Source: Eledone cirrhosa
Lineage: Eukaryota
NCBI GenBank assembly: GCA_964016885.1
Contig: OZ024740.1
Span: 237,336,001-237,400,000 of the forward strand
Length of the DNA stretch: 64,000 nucleotides
Direction of reading: 5' to 3'
This document shows positions 52,851 to 64,000 of this stretch, one piece after another. How positions within the stretch are numbered: the first letter of the stretch is position 1; each line of letters opens with the position of its first letter. The notes beneath the pieces are model-generated. The model was given only the letters and a program-made list of their open reading frames with translations. It was not told the DNA's origin and ran no database searches. The translations under genes were made by a program, and so were the position numbers.

Positions 52851-53324
52851 ATCACATCATTTTTTAAAAGTATTCAAGTAGAGATAAAAATTGTACTACT
52901 GAGGGTGTACGGTGGTGGTGGTGTATAGTTTATATGTATATGAAGTTTTATATAGTTTGTGTTAGTAGATTGATTTGTGGCTTTGTATGTAGTGTATGTA
53001 CATGGTGTTCAATTTTGAATATTTGCAAACTTCAGTCTCATGTAATATCTTCAAAATAAAATTTTGGTTGTAATTGTAAGAAAATAGTAATAACTTAAAG
53101 GTATGTGTGATCTGTTACAATGTAAAAAGGTATGTTTGTTGCATATTACTTCTGTTGCTGTACTTCCAGAATCCATAGTTATTAAGTGTTGACCTATAAC
53201 ACATGGATCTTGATCTCTTTAACAGATAGTTTCACATCTGAAAATCTTTCAGTGTGTTTTTTTTTGTTTGTTTGTTTTTTTTTGTTTTGTTCGGTGTCAT
53301 CATCTAGACTGTTCTTCTACTTGT

Positions 53325-53362
53325 CATTTAAATGTCTTATTTTCTCTCTATTTCAGGTAAGT
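53325..53362 (+). promoter_or_regulatory. Candidate recursive splice site (ratchet point) CAG|GTAAGT
   Basis: AG-free pyrimidine-rich run of about 48 nt ending ttttctctctatttCAG (53356), immediately followed by the consensus donor GTAAGT. Confidence 0.5.
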
Positions 53363-54559
53363 ACACAGCATATCAAAGACAAAATGGAGTTTGATGAGTA
53401 TTTTCTCTTTCATCTTTCAATCTTTATCAATTGTTTTGAAGATAATAAAATTTATTTTGTTTAATTACAGTTTAAAACATCTCTTCTTTTCCATTTAAAT
53501 TGATTGCATTGCTATAAAGCTTCTATTTTCTTTACGACTGTTTTGCTTTCCAGCAAAGATGGTTTTATCTGCTTGGCAAAGCTCTATAGCATAGTACCTT
53601 TCTCTGTGTAAATAGTAAATTGTAGTCTGCAGTAAGTGGTATAGTGATTTCTTCCTACTTAAATATATAGGTTGGTGTGTAGGGTAAGTTTGGTTAGAAA
53701 TGAAGCAACTTCATGTTTAGTAAGATAACCCAAGTGGAGAGGCAGTTCCAGAAGGATGAAGTTCATGGAGTAATGATTGGGGCTAATTGCAGTTCATGAA
53801 CTAATGAATGAGTATTTAGGACATAATCTATGAAGAGATGTGTTAAGCACAGAATAAGCAAGTTGGTCAGTGTAATAATGGTAGGAAAGTGAAAAGGAAG
53901 CCACATATTGATGGTAGAACAGATTGTGGAGGTAGTTAAATTTGGGATTTAAACATTTGGTGCGTCAGGGCAGTGGATAGGTAGAATCATTAGCACATCT
54001 GACAAAATGCCTTGCAGTATTTGTTTCAGCTCTTTACATTTTGCTGATGTAAACTTTACCTTCCACCATACTGGGATTGATAAGATAAAGTATTAATCAA
54101 CTACTCGAGTTGTTGTAATCAACTGTTCCCTTTGAGGTTTTGTGCCTATATAAGAAATCAAGAATTTAGTGTGTGAGGCAGTTGTGTCCAAACTTTGTCT
54201 AGATGAATAATTTTTCAGGAATGAATTATTTTTGTGACTGTTAAAGAAATCTAGTCTCATCAGCAGGTTATAAAAATTGTGACTGCTGTTGTTTAAGCCC
54301 AGGCCAAGCTCTCTATTAAATAGATCTATGATCAACTGTATTCCAATCTTTTGTTTTCTTACTACATTATTCAATATATTCTTCCTTTTTTTAAAGACAG
54401 TAGGGTATTATTTGAGGATAATTTCTCTACTATTTCTCCCTGGTTGAATAACTTAACCATTAAGATGAGATTGCCTCAGATAATAATTTCCTTTTCTTTT
54501 CTTTCAATTTGTTCAAGTGCCAAGGCATAGCCATATAATTTAGTTTTCTAATGTTTGCC

Positions 54560-54690
54560 ATTGATATTATTGGATTATCAGGGATTCAATACAAAATATA
54601 TTTGAGATATTGGATTATCACAACCTTAATACAAAATATATTTGAGGTATTATTGGATTATTGGGACCTTAGTACAAATATTTGAGGAAG
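54560..54690. repeat. ~40-bp tandem repeat, 3 units
   Basis: tattggattat...aatacaaaatatatttgag repeated. Confidence 0.8.
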
Positions 54691-54891
54691 TTAAGAATAT
54701 TCGGATATGCAAATGGATTAGTTGGCTGGAAGGTGAGGATAAGTAGTAAGAGCCACATGAGAGTGAAATGATCATTAGTAAAAGAATTTTGATGAGACAA
54801 CATATTTTAAAGGAAAATCTGATTTCATGGGGTTTTCATGTCAGATTTGATGAACGTTTTGATTAAAGGTTATGTTACACTTTAGAGTAGC

Positions 54892-55126
54892 TTAACCCTT
54901 TAGCATTTACATTATTCTATATATATTATTGTATTTTCACAGTAAAGGCTTTGCCTAACATAATTATCTCACATAGTATGGAATCTATGAGATTGTGATG
55001 ATGCTTTTATTTATTTTGAGAACAATACCTTAATGTCAATATGAGTGGCCGGTTATGGCTGGTTTGAATAGAACGAGGTAAGAGAATTCTGGCCAGATAT
55101 GGCTGGTTTCAATGCTAAAGGGTTAA
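54892..55126. mobile_element. piggyBac-like MITE family A
   Basis: TTAA-flanked CCCTTTAGCATT TIRs. Confidence 0.9.
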
Positions 55127-55454
55127 TTGAAAACCTTATGATTTTGAAGAAGAGAAAGAGATGAAACAAACTTTAAGAAGCTGTTTATATATATATATAC
55201 CAGTAGAGGTGAGATGGAGATAGAAAATAGTTGGGCATAATATGTGGAATCTCAAGTGAGATGTTGCAGTAGGTAGGGGTGGTGTGGGATGTGTTTACAT
55301 TCTAGAGAGCTTGGGGTTTGATTGGATACTGGAGTCATTATTTCATCACTACTTCAGCAAATAAGAAAGCTATACATTGCTGACATGGTCAGAATAAGAT
55401 TGGAATATGTCCAGAGTGGAGAAAGGGAAAATGATATTAATCATTGTCTAATAA

Positions 55455-55730
55455 GTGGAGGTGCATGGCTTAGTGGTAAAGGTGTTGGACTTACGATCAT
55501 AATATTGTGGGTTCAATTCCTGAACTGGGTTGTCTGTTGTGTTCTTGAGCAAAACACTTCATTTCATGCTGCTCCTGTATATTCAGCTGAAAATGAGTAC
55601 CAGCAATAGCTGGGAGTTTAACCCTGTGATGGACTGGCGTACTGTCCAGGGGGAAGTCTTGTACTTTCAGTCACTTAATGCCATAGAAACCGGGATAAGC
55701 ACTGGCCTGATGAGCCTCTGGGCTTCAGAC
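55455..55730 (+). mobile_element. tRNA-derived SINE with CORE-like and V-like domains
   Basis: tggcttagtggt, ggttcaattcc, gttcttgagcaaaacactt, aaccctgtgatggactggcgtactgtccaggg, agaaaccgggataagc. Confidence 0.7.
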
Positions 55731-56659
55731 ATACTTTAGATTGTCTAATAGGCTTTTTTCTTTACTATGCATTTATTTCAAGTTAGTCTGTTTATGTCCC
55801 ATATATTAAATATGTTCACATTAACTTAACTATTATTTTAGTCAGGTCTACTCACATGCACGTGCATGTATGTGGGTGTTCCCATATATATTTAATGATT
55901 AATAATTATGGTTTTGTTCTAGCGAGGCATTACCTACCTTGCCTACTCAGAGGGCATATCTATATGTGTTTGTGTGAGTCTGTAATGTATGGAATATAGA
56001 ACAAAGATGAGATTTGTAGTGAGTAAGGGTTAGGGGTTATGTGCCTATGAGTAAACAGGGTAAGACAGTGCCTACATATAATAAACCTATAATTATTAAA
56101 TTGTGTCAAGGGTATGACAACCTTCCTCCTGTTGGTGCATTAATAAAATGCACCTAGTACACTCTGTATGGTGATTAGTGATAGGAAAGTCGTCTAGCCA
56201 TAGAAATCTTGCAAAACAAAAGATCTAGAGGATTTTTCAGTTGTGTTAAAGATATGACAACCTACCTAATGCTGGTATGATAAAATGCACTGTATAAGAT
56301 GCAGGAACATAAGTGAGATGCACCCCTCCCCTACCATAATGATATTTTAGTACTAATTTGGTCTGAGACAACCTTCTCAACCTAACCCTTGCTTCTAGTA
56401 GGGAAAACAGTCATTAAGTGAGGATGATGATAAAAAAGTATGATTTCCAATTTATCATAAAAATACTAATTTAATGCATAAAACTCAATATACAATTTTA
56501 TAAATTCCTCATATTTTGCAATTATACAAGTTTCTCCATATGTAGAAAGGGAGTAGGCATAAACTCCATACGATGTACACAATATAAATCTTGGGTACAC
56601 AAGAAATAACAAGTAAGCTAACAGGAAGGGAGAACTTTGTAGAGGATGCACAGGAATAA

Positions 56660-57345
56660 CTGGGGGGAAGATAACTAGTAACGTAAGCCTATTCCAGTCA
56701 CAGGAAGGACCCATAGAAGTGGTTGATAGCTTCTGTTATCTAGGCAACTTAATTAGCAATGGAGGAGTGTGCTCTGAGGGCAAAATAGCTAGAATAAGGA
56801 TACAATGAAAACAGTTTAGAGAACTACTCCCACCATTGATCACAAAAGGTTTCTCTCTGCATACAAAAGGACAACTGTATGACACCTGTCTACCAAGTGT
56901 GATGCTGTATAGTAATGAAACATAGGTTGTGACTGCAGAGGACTGCGTAGACAAGAGAGAAATGAAGGAACTATGTTTTGTTGGTTGTGCAATGTACGTG
57001 TGAGAGAAAAGCAGAGCTTGGATGAATTGAGGTAGAAGCTAGGTTTAAGAGGAATCTGAGGTGGTGTGTAGGAGAGAAGACTGCATTGGTATGGATATGT
57101 GATCCGCATGAACAATGGTTGCTGGGTGAAGAAGTGCCAGGAAATCTGAGTGGAAGGAAGCCACAGTAGAAGTAGACCAAGAAAGACCTGGGCAGAAGTG
57201 GTAAGAGCTGATCTCAAGTGGCTGAGATTCACAGACGAGATGATGAAGGAACACAATGAGTGGAGAGATGCTGTGCTGAAAAGCACTTGTCCAACCCATG
57301 CAAGTGTGGAAAAATGGATGTAAAAATAATGGTGATGATGATTGT
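56660..57345 (+). mobile_element. Older RTE LINE 3' fragment (family of 5150-6722)
   Basis: IEVVDSFCYLG, FRELLPPLITKGFSL, RRLHWYGYV, RPRKTWAEVVRADL; 3' hairpin and GAT tail. Confidence 0.85.
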
Positions 57346-57589
57346 GTGTGTGTGCATGTGTGCATGCAAGCTATGGAGGACTAGTCTATCTCGTATATGT
57401 CCATAATGCTGATATGTTGAAAATTATCCATAAGTCTGAACCCTGAAATCTAAGGTCACTCATACATGTTAAGTGTATGAAGTTTTATTTAAACTATCTT
57501 CTCACCACCTCATTGAAAGACATCGAAAATGTCAGTTTTGAAAACACGATCTCGGACGTTAATTGTAACATCAACACTAACACAAACAC

Positions 57590-58430
57590 ATGCAAAATAT
57601 AAACAACACCAACAACAATAATGACAAGAACAACAACAGCAACAATGATAACAACAACAACAACAATGATAACAACAACACCACCAACAACAACAGCAAC
57701 ACGAACAACTCCATGAACAAGGAAAAGATTTCCTTTGCTCAAACCGTCCAAAAGACGGAACTGTTCACATACCTTGACATTTCCAATGCTAGGGAAATGT
57801 TAAGTGATGCAAAACAGTATGTAACTTTTGGTGAGAGTGGTGCTTTCAGCATCACTTCTCCTCAACAGTTACGCAGAGAAACTGTTCTAAAAACAGTAAT
57901 TTTTAGGACGGTTCAAATGTGTCGGAAAAAACCAGTTCAGTTATCTCAAAACGATATTGAACTGGTTCTGAAGAATTCCATGAAGGATATTGCCTTCATC
58001 CAAAAAGGGAAACTTTTTTGAAGCATTTCGGTGTTGTTGAAAGACCAATTGACAGCACAAAAATATTCTGTATCGCCGATTGTGTCCCCCCTTTACACCT
58101 TTTTCCCCACATATATGGGAAAAAGAACACAAAAAATAAAAATTTCAAACATTGCACCAAATGTAAACGTCTGGTGGATTCTAACTGGCTTCATCGATTT
58201 CGACAAAGACACCATCATTTTGGTGGGAAAATCCTCCAGAGGCACATTCAATGGTACAAGCATGGAAGTTCTGGTCTAAATGAGGCCAGAACGGATAGCT
58301 AAAATACCCCGTGTGCCTCTGGATGGAATTTCACACATAAACATTTCTGTTGAGGGTAGGCGGCCTTCATGTTACCACTGTTTAAGCAGTGGTCACCTGA
58401 AGGCTTACTGTCCTCAGTTAACTACAAAAA
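57590..58430 (+). pseudogene. Tx1 ORF1 (gag-like, CCHC knuckle), frameshifted
   Basis: Fragments 57590-58021, 58031-58279 and 58280-58430. Confidence 0.7.
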
Positions 58431-59253
58431 AAAAGAGGCACTACTGCCAACACCCAAAACAACAACACAACCACCACCACCACCACAACAACAACCAAAA
58501 CAAGAACAACAAACCAACCTGCAAGCACAGTCCCACCCAACCCCACTCCACCTAAAACCACTGCAAAAACACCCACAAACACAACAGCTCCCCAAAACAT
58601 ACCCCTTCCAAATAACACAGACACCACAACGGACGAGGCCCCCACATCATCACCAAGTGACGATGAGGGAGAGCCTCTCCGTTCGGAAAGAAAGAAGAAA
58701 AGACACCACAAGAACAAAAAAAAACAACAAACATCACTACAAACATACAACCACCAACACAAACATTACAAACAAAAACCCCCTGTCCCGAAAACAAAAC
58801 CACAACATCACTCCAAACACAAACACCTACAACAAAACGAAAGCTCCCACAAGAACAACAGACAAAAACCACCACAACACAACAAGAACATTACACATAC
58901 ATAAACAGTAAAAACAAAACTTTAATGGAAGGGAAACTTTTTCGAACTGTGTAGACAAACCTAATTTAAAGATGATTAGGGTCCCTACGGACACCTATAA
59001 GTCTTTAAAGGAAAACATTCCTAAGGACGTGGGTAATCCTTGTATTAAACCCATTAACTGTGTCCTTTTAAAAAGTTTCCCCACCCTCACCCCAGACACC
59101 CCCACCCCACCAAACATCTCGTCCCCACCCCGCCGGAAACCACCACCCACCCAGACAACCCCTCTAACACCCCCATGGAAACCGTGCGGCCTGGTCCCCG
59201 GGAGATGAAGAGGTGAGTGTTTTCTTCTCTTCTTTTAACTTTTCAGAGCCAAC

Positions 59254-62200
59254 ATGGCCAATATAAGAGTTGGATGTGTGAATGTACACGGCCTGGGGAT
59301 GCCCTGGAAACAGGGCAAACTCTTAAACGACCTCAGGTCGCACAATATGGATGTAGTAGCCATTTGCGAGTCCAGGATCCACAGCGAACGACAGCTGGCC
59401 CCCATCTTCGGTGACTTTGAGATCTACGTATCTCTCTGTCGGCCGGGGGTGGGGGCGGGGTTGCCGTTTTGCTGCGGAAACACCTGGGCCTCGTAACACA
59501 GATGGTACATCTGGACCCGGAGGGTCAACGGTGGGCCTAGACGTTGACAGTAGTGAAAGTGGAGCCTTCAGGCTGGTGGCCGCATATGCCCCATCCGGAA
59601 CACCGCGGCCAGACTTCTTCAAACGTCTAGAGACTTTTCTGGGAATGTCCCGCTCCTTGCTTTTAGTGGGGGACTGGAATGGAATTCTAGATGCACGTTG
59701 GGACTATGTGGGAGCATGTCCCGATAAATGGGGGTGTAACAGCCCCAAACAGTTAATCGGCTGATTTGACCTGGCCGATAGATATCGACTAGATTTTCCG
59801 ACTGTGCCACTGTGGACGTGAACTAATCGCAGCGGAACATCTGGATCGTACCTAGATAGGGTTCTAGTTAGAAATAAGGATAGGGACATGTTAAGCTGTC
59901 CACAAATGTTCATGGTTGCCTATTCAGATCACAAACTAGTGACCTGCATGGTCAACCTTGATAGAACCCATAGACAAGGACACGGCTACTGGAAACTGAA
60001 CTTGTTGTTACCGACATGCAAAGCCTACAGTAGACGGATTAGCACTTTAGTTAAACAGCACTTGACAGGGGCCATTGTCAACAACAGATGGTGGTACTCT
60101 CTCAAGAGGGCAGTTAGATTAGACTCGTTAGTTTTTAGTAAAGAATTAGCGTTAGATAGAAATAGAACCGAGAAGGAACTGGTAGATAAAGTAGAAGAGG
60201 CAATGAGCAATGGCAACGTAGCCAGCGTGCTAGCAACGAGAATGGCCTTGGAGCAGTTCTTCGACGCAAAGCACGAGGGCTGCGTTGTCAGAAGCAAAAT
60301 ACGTGCTCTGGGAAACGAGGGAGCCAAAGCTGTTAGCTGGGCCCGAGTGACGGAGGCAAAAAGTGGCAACAAGTCCACGATTCGGTCTTTGAAGGACCAA
60401 GACGGGCGCGTGATACGTGAGCCGAAGCAGATGTGTGCGGCCTTTTAGCGGCACTTTGCTCAACGGTTCTGGCAGGTCGGCGCGCCGGGAGGGGCTATGG
60501 ATTTCGGTCCATACCTCGACGGCCTACCGCGACTCTCGGACAGTGAGGCAAAGTTCTGTGAAAAGCCGATTTCAGTCGCTGAGATAGGGGACGCGCTAAG
60601 CCAATGTGGCAAACGCAAATCTCCAGGTCTTGACGGTCTACCCTACGAGTTTTACGTAGCAATGCCGGACTTATTCTCCGGTCTCCTAGAAGCGGTCTAC
60701 AATTCCCAGTTCTGTGACCGGGGGTGTGGTCACACTAGTCAGGAAGGACGAGAATAAGGGGGATGACATAGGCAACTTCCGGCCCATAACTCTGCTAAAC
60801 ACAGAGTTACAGATTTTGGCCAAGGTGTTGGCAAAGAGGCTGGCGCTTGTCGTCAAGAACCTGGTGGGAGTAGCGCAGACATGCGCAATCCCGACCAGGT
60901 CCATACACGACAACCTCCACCTCATGCGATACATCATAGAGAGGGTAGGGTGTAAAACCGGCTTCGGTGGGGCCCTGATCAACTTGGATCAGTCTAAGGC
61001 TTTCGATAGGGTTGACCATCGTTACCTGGATGCGGTGCTCGAGGTGGCAGGCTTCGGACCCATATTCAGGAGCTGCATTGCTGCAATGCACAACAGCAAC
61101 ATCTGCTCAAGGGTCATGGTGAACGGCTACCTCTCAGAGCCGTTCCATATCACGTGATCCATTCGACAGGGATGCCCTCTCTCCTCCCTTCTGTACGTAC
61201 TGACTCTTGAGCCACTACTGCGGAAGTTGGAGCTATTGCAGGGCATCCCTCTGGAACCGGGACTGCGGAAAGCGGCGTCGGCCTTCGCCGACGACGTGGC
61301 AGTAATGGTGTCGAGTGCCTTGCAAATCGAGGAAGTCGGCACCTTACTGAAGGAATACGAAAGGTTCACAGGAGCGAAGCTGAACCAGGACAAGTCCATC
61401 GGTTTGCAACTCGGATCGTGGAGAGGCAAACCGATGCCTTCCGATGGTGGCATCGTACGCTGGACGGAAGGACCGGTAAAGCTGCTTGGGATCTGGTTTG
61501 GTCCAGACCTCCAGGTGGAGAAGAACTGGAATGAGGTGACGGCCAAGGTGTTTGCACTCACCCAGAAGTGGGCCGAGTGCAAACTATCCTTGAAAGGTCG
61601 AGCGGAGGTGGCGAACACTTTTATAGCGTCCGCCATCTACTACCTCTTGACCGTCATGCCTTGTCCAGCCAAAACACTCACCAAAATGGAGCGCGCGCTC
61701 TTCCAATTCCTTTGGAAGAGGCGGGCTCCTTTGGTGAGAAGATCCATCTGCTGCCAACACCCTTCCAACGGAGGGCTGGGGATGCCGTGGCTGACGATGC
61801 GCAAACATGCGCTCAGGCTGCGGCATCTCTATGTATTCCTCACGGGACAACCGGTGTGGGCCACGTTAGTGAGGCAAGCCTTCCCACGACTCGTCTCGCT
61901 GACCGAGCTGCAGTCCTGGGTCAAGCAAAGACCGAGGAAAATGGGCGACTGGCACATCGAATGTGCTCAGGCGCTCACAGCCCTCTGGCAGGCGGACCCG
62001 GCGATCAGTGGAGACTCCACTTCGTCATTCTATAGAGGGTTGGTCCGCAGCAAGTGCGACGACACGCTCGGTGAACGTTTAGGTGTAAAGGAAGACGAAC
62101 TGGCCAGTCTGTTTGGTAGGACCTTCCACCCGGGACTGATGGACAACTTCCAAAAGTCCCTGGCCTGGCCATGCTACCGAGGAGCTCTACCAGTTCGATT

Positions 62201-62658
62201 CAAGCTCTACAGACATGGGCAGGCACCCTGCAAAAAAGATCTGTCTGAGGTGCGTGCGAGACGAAGAAACCGTCGCGCACGCATTCATACACTGCCCGGG
62301 CGTCACCGACCTGTGGGGCTATGTAGAACGACTATTGTCGCGGGTGGGACCAATCCGGTTGACCACCGAGTCCATTGTCATGATCAAACCGCCACCCTCC
62401 TTCAAAAACGAAGGAGAGGCGGTTTTCTTTTGTGTGATAGCTATGGCGAAAGAGGTTGTATGGTGGACAAGGTTGAAAGGGCTGAGGTCAGACACCTTTC
62501 TCTCCGGCCAACAACTGATTCTTTTTTTCAAATATCACTTTGGAAGAAGAATCAGGATGGAGAGAGAGGTGCTGTACCCCAGCAAGTTTTATGAAAGGTG
62601 GGTGAAAGTGGCGAGAATTGCCCAAGTGAATGGGCCTTCTCTCTATATCAGCCTGTAG
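59254..62658 (+). pseudogene. Tx1 ORF2 (APE-RT-zinc finger), multiple stops and frameshifts
   Basis: Collinear fragments starting at 59254, 59411, 59888, 60497, 60714, 61227 and 62215. Confidence 0.92.
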
Positions 62659-62909
62659 GTTGAGGAAAAGGAGGAGGAGAGGAAAGGAGTACAAACTCTT
62701 CGTACTCCTGGAGATGAGGATTGCACATTTTTTTTCGGGTGTATATGTTACCCATATGTAATGTCTCCCCCTATTGGGGAAAATCGACTAATTTTTAAAT
62801 TGCATTTGTGATAATATTTTACACGTTTTTATTGCATGTAAACTTCCCCCTTCTTTTGTGCCCCTGTGGCTAATAAAGAAACATATCTGTCTCTTTATAT
62901 GTCTGTGTG

Positions 62910-62988
<79 letters not shown>

Positions 62989-63043
62989 ATAAATAAGAAG
63001 TGTAAGTCAACAGGGTAAAATTAGCTTCGTTTATTCACATTCG

Positions 63044-63100
63044 CTGCTATATATATTTCAGTGATAGCCATTATTCAACAGTTATGTCCTCATCAGGCAG
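63044..63100 (-). ncRNA. Minimal hammerhead ribozyme (Penelope-type), partly diverged stem II
   Basis: Minus strand: cugc-CUGAUGA-ggacauaacuguu gaau aauggcuaucacu-GAAA-uauaua-UA-gcag; same architecture as 40399-40464. Confidence 0.65.
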
Positions 63101-63774
63101 TAAGAATTTAAACAGAAAAACAGGAAAACATGATGTTGTAATGGATTTTACCGTGTTAATTCATTGATATGCCCAGCTCCTGGGTGTGTTGTTAATCCTC
63201 TAAGGAACTGGAACCATATGATTAAGAATGAACGAATTTCAGTCAGCGTCCAAAGGATATACCTCCACATCATTGGTTAGATATCATACCTCCCCCAGCC
63301 GAAAGTCTACTGAAATTCTTCAGTACCAGGTCAGCCTGTTATTATTGCTTTTAACTGCATGTTCTAGTCCGGTTGACCTACTTCACTGTGGACATAGTGA
63401 TAGTGGTGTGAGCAGGTCAGTTAGCCAGTCAACTACAAACCCTTGTTATGTTGTCAAGAAGAATTCATGTATGTAAACTGATAGAGTTCAGTACTTCTCT
63501 CTACAGGTGTCAGTAAACCACCAACACATACTCCAAAATTATATATATATATATATATATGTATGCAAAAGGCAAACAGAAATAACAAAGGAAACAACAC
63601 AGTAATTTGAAGAAATATATTAGTTTTACACTTGATTTAGTAGGAAAAGAGTCAATACTTTGGGTGCTAGTCCTTCATTAGTGAGTAAAATGAGAAAGTA
63701 AAGAAGAAGTAGAAAGACAGAAGAGAGTAGGCATGCACACATATATGTATACATTTATGTATATATGTATATAT

Positions 63775-64000
63775 ATCATCATCATCATCGTTTAACGTCC
63801 ATCTTTCATGCTAGCATGGGTCTGGACGGAAATTGTCCCACTTGAGGCAAGATTGGTTGTCTTGCTCGGGACTGTCTGGCGGGTTTTCTACGGCTGGATG
63901 CCCTTCCTAACACCAACCACGTTTACAGTGTGGACTGGGAGGTTTTTACCGTGTTACCTACACGGCCACATTACAGCGTGGACTGTGTGTTTTTTTTGTT
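63775..64000 (-). mobile_element. RTE-tailed SINE 3' part
   Basis: (CAT)n, ttaacgtcc, catgctagcatggg hairpin, ggctggatgcccttcctaacaccaacc; related to the fragment at 27420-27525. Confidence 0.75.

Larger units (their letters stand above)
57494..62885 (+). mobile_element. Near-full-length Tx1/L1-clade LINE, pseudogenised
   Basis: ORF1 pieces with zinc knuckle CYHCLSSGHLKAYCP. ORF2 from 59254: APE (NVHGL, ICES, LVGDWNG, YLDRV, SDH), GYWKLN, KSPGLDGLPYEFY, FRPITLLN, LDQSKAFDRVDH, QGCPLS, FADD, GGLG, CLRC..EETVAHAFIHCP. Stop at 62658; AATAAA at 62872. Confidence 0.95.

Overview
AT-rich, microsatellite-dense eukaryotic DNA. The SINE and LINE repertoire suggests a coleoid cephalopod such as Octopus; this is an inference, not a search result. 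I can support no intact host protein-coding gene, and most long ORFs in the track are simple-repeat artefacts. The window is a layered collection of transposon remnants: a near-full-length Tx1/L1-clade LINE (57.5-62.9 kb), several RTE LINEs (one with a single nonsense codon), an R4/Dong-type LINE beside a (TAA)n tract, CRE-, CR1- and Jockey-like fragments, many tRNA-derived SINEs, piggyBac- and pogo-type MITEs, and a 28-bp minisatellite array. Two signals stand out. First, a 387-bp near-perfect palindrome (40122-40508) carries a minimal Penelope-type hammerhead ribozyme on each strand. It sits inside nested fold-back repeats centred on (TA)n, and further hammerheads of the same design occur elsewhere (63.0 kb, degenerate at 43.8-44.1 kb). 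Second, + strand splicing signals suggest the window is part of a giant intron: a textbook recursive-splice site TTTCAG|GTAAGT at 53356/53357 and a candidate 12-nt microexon at 30224-30235.
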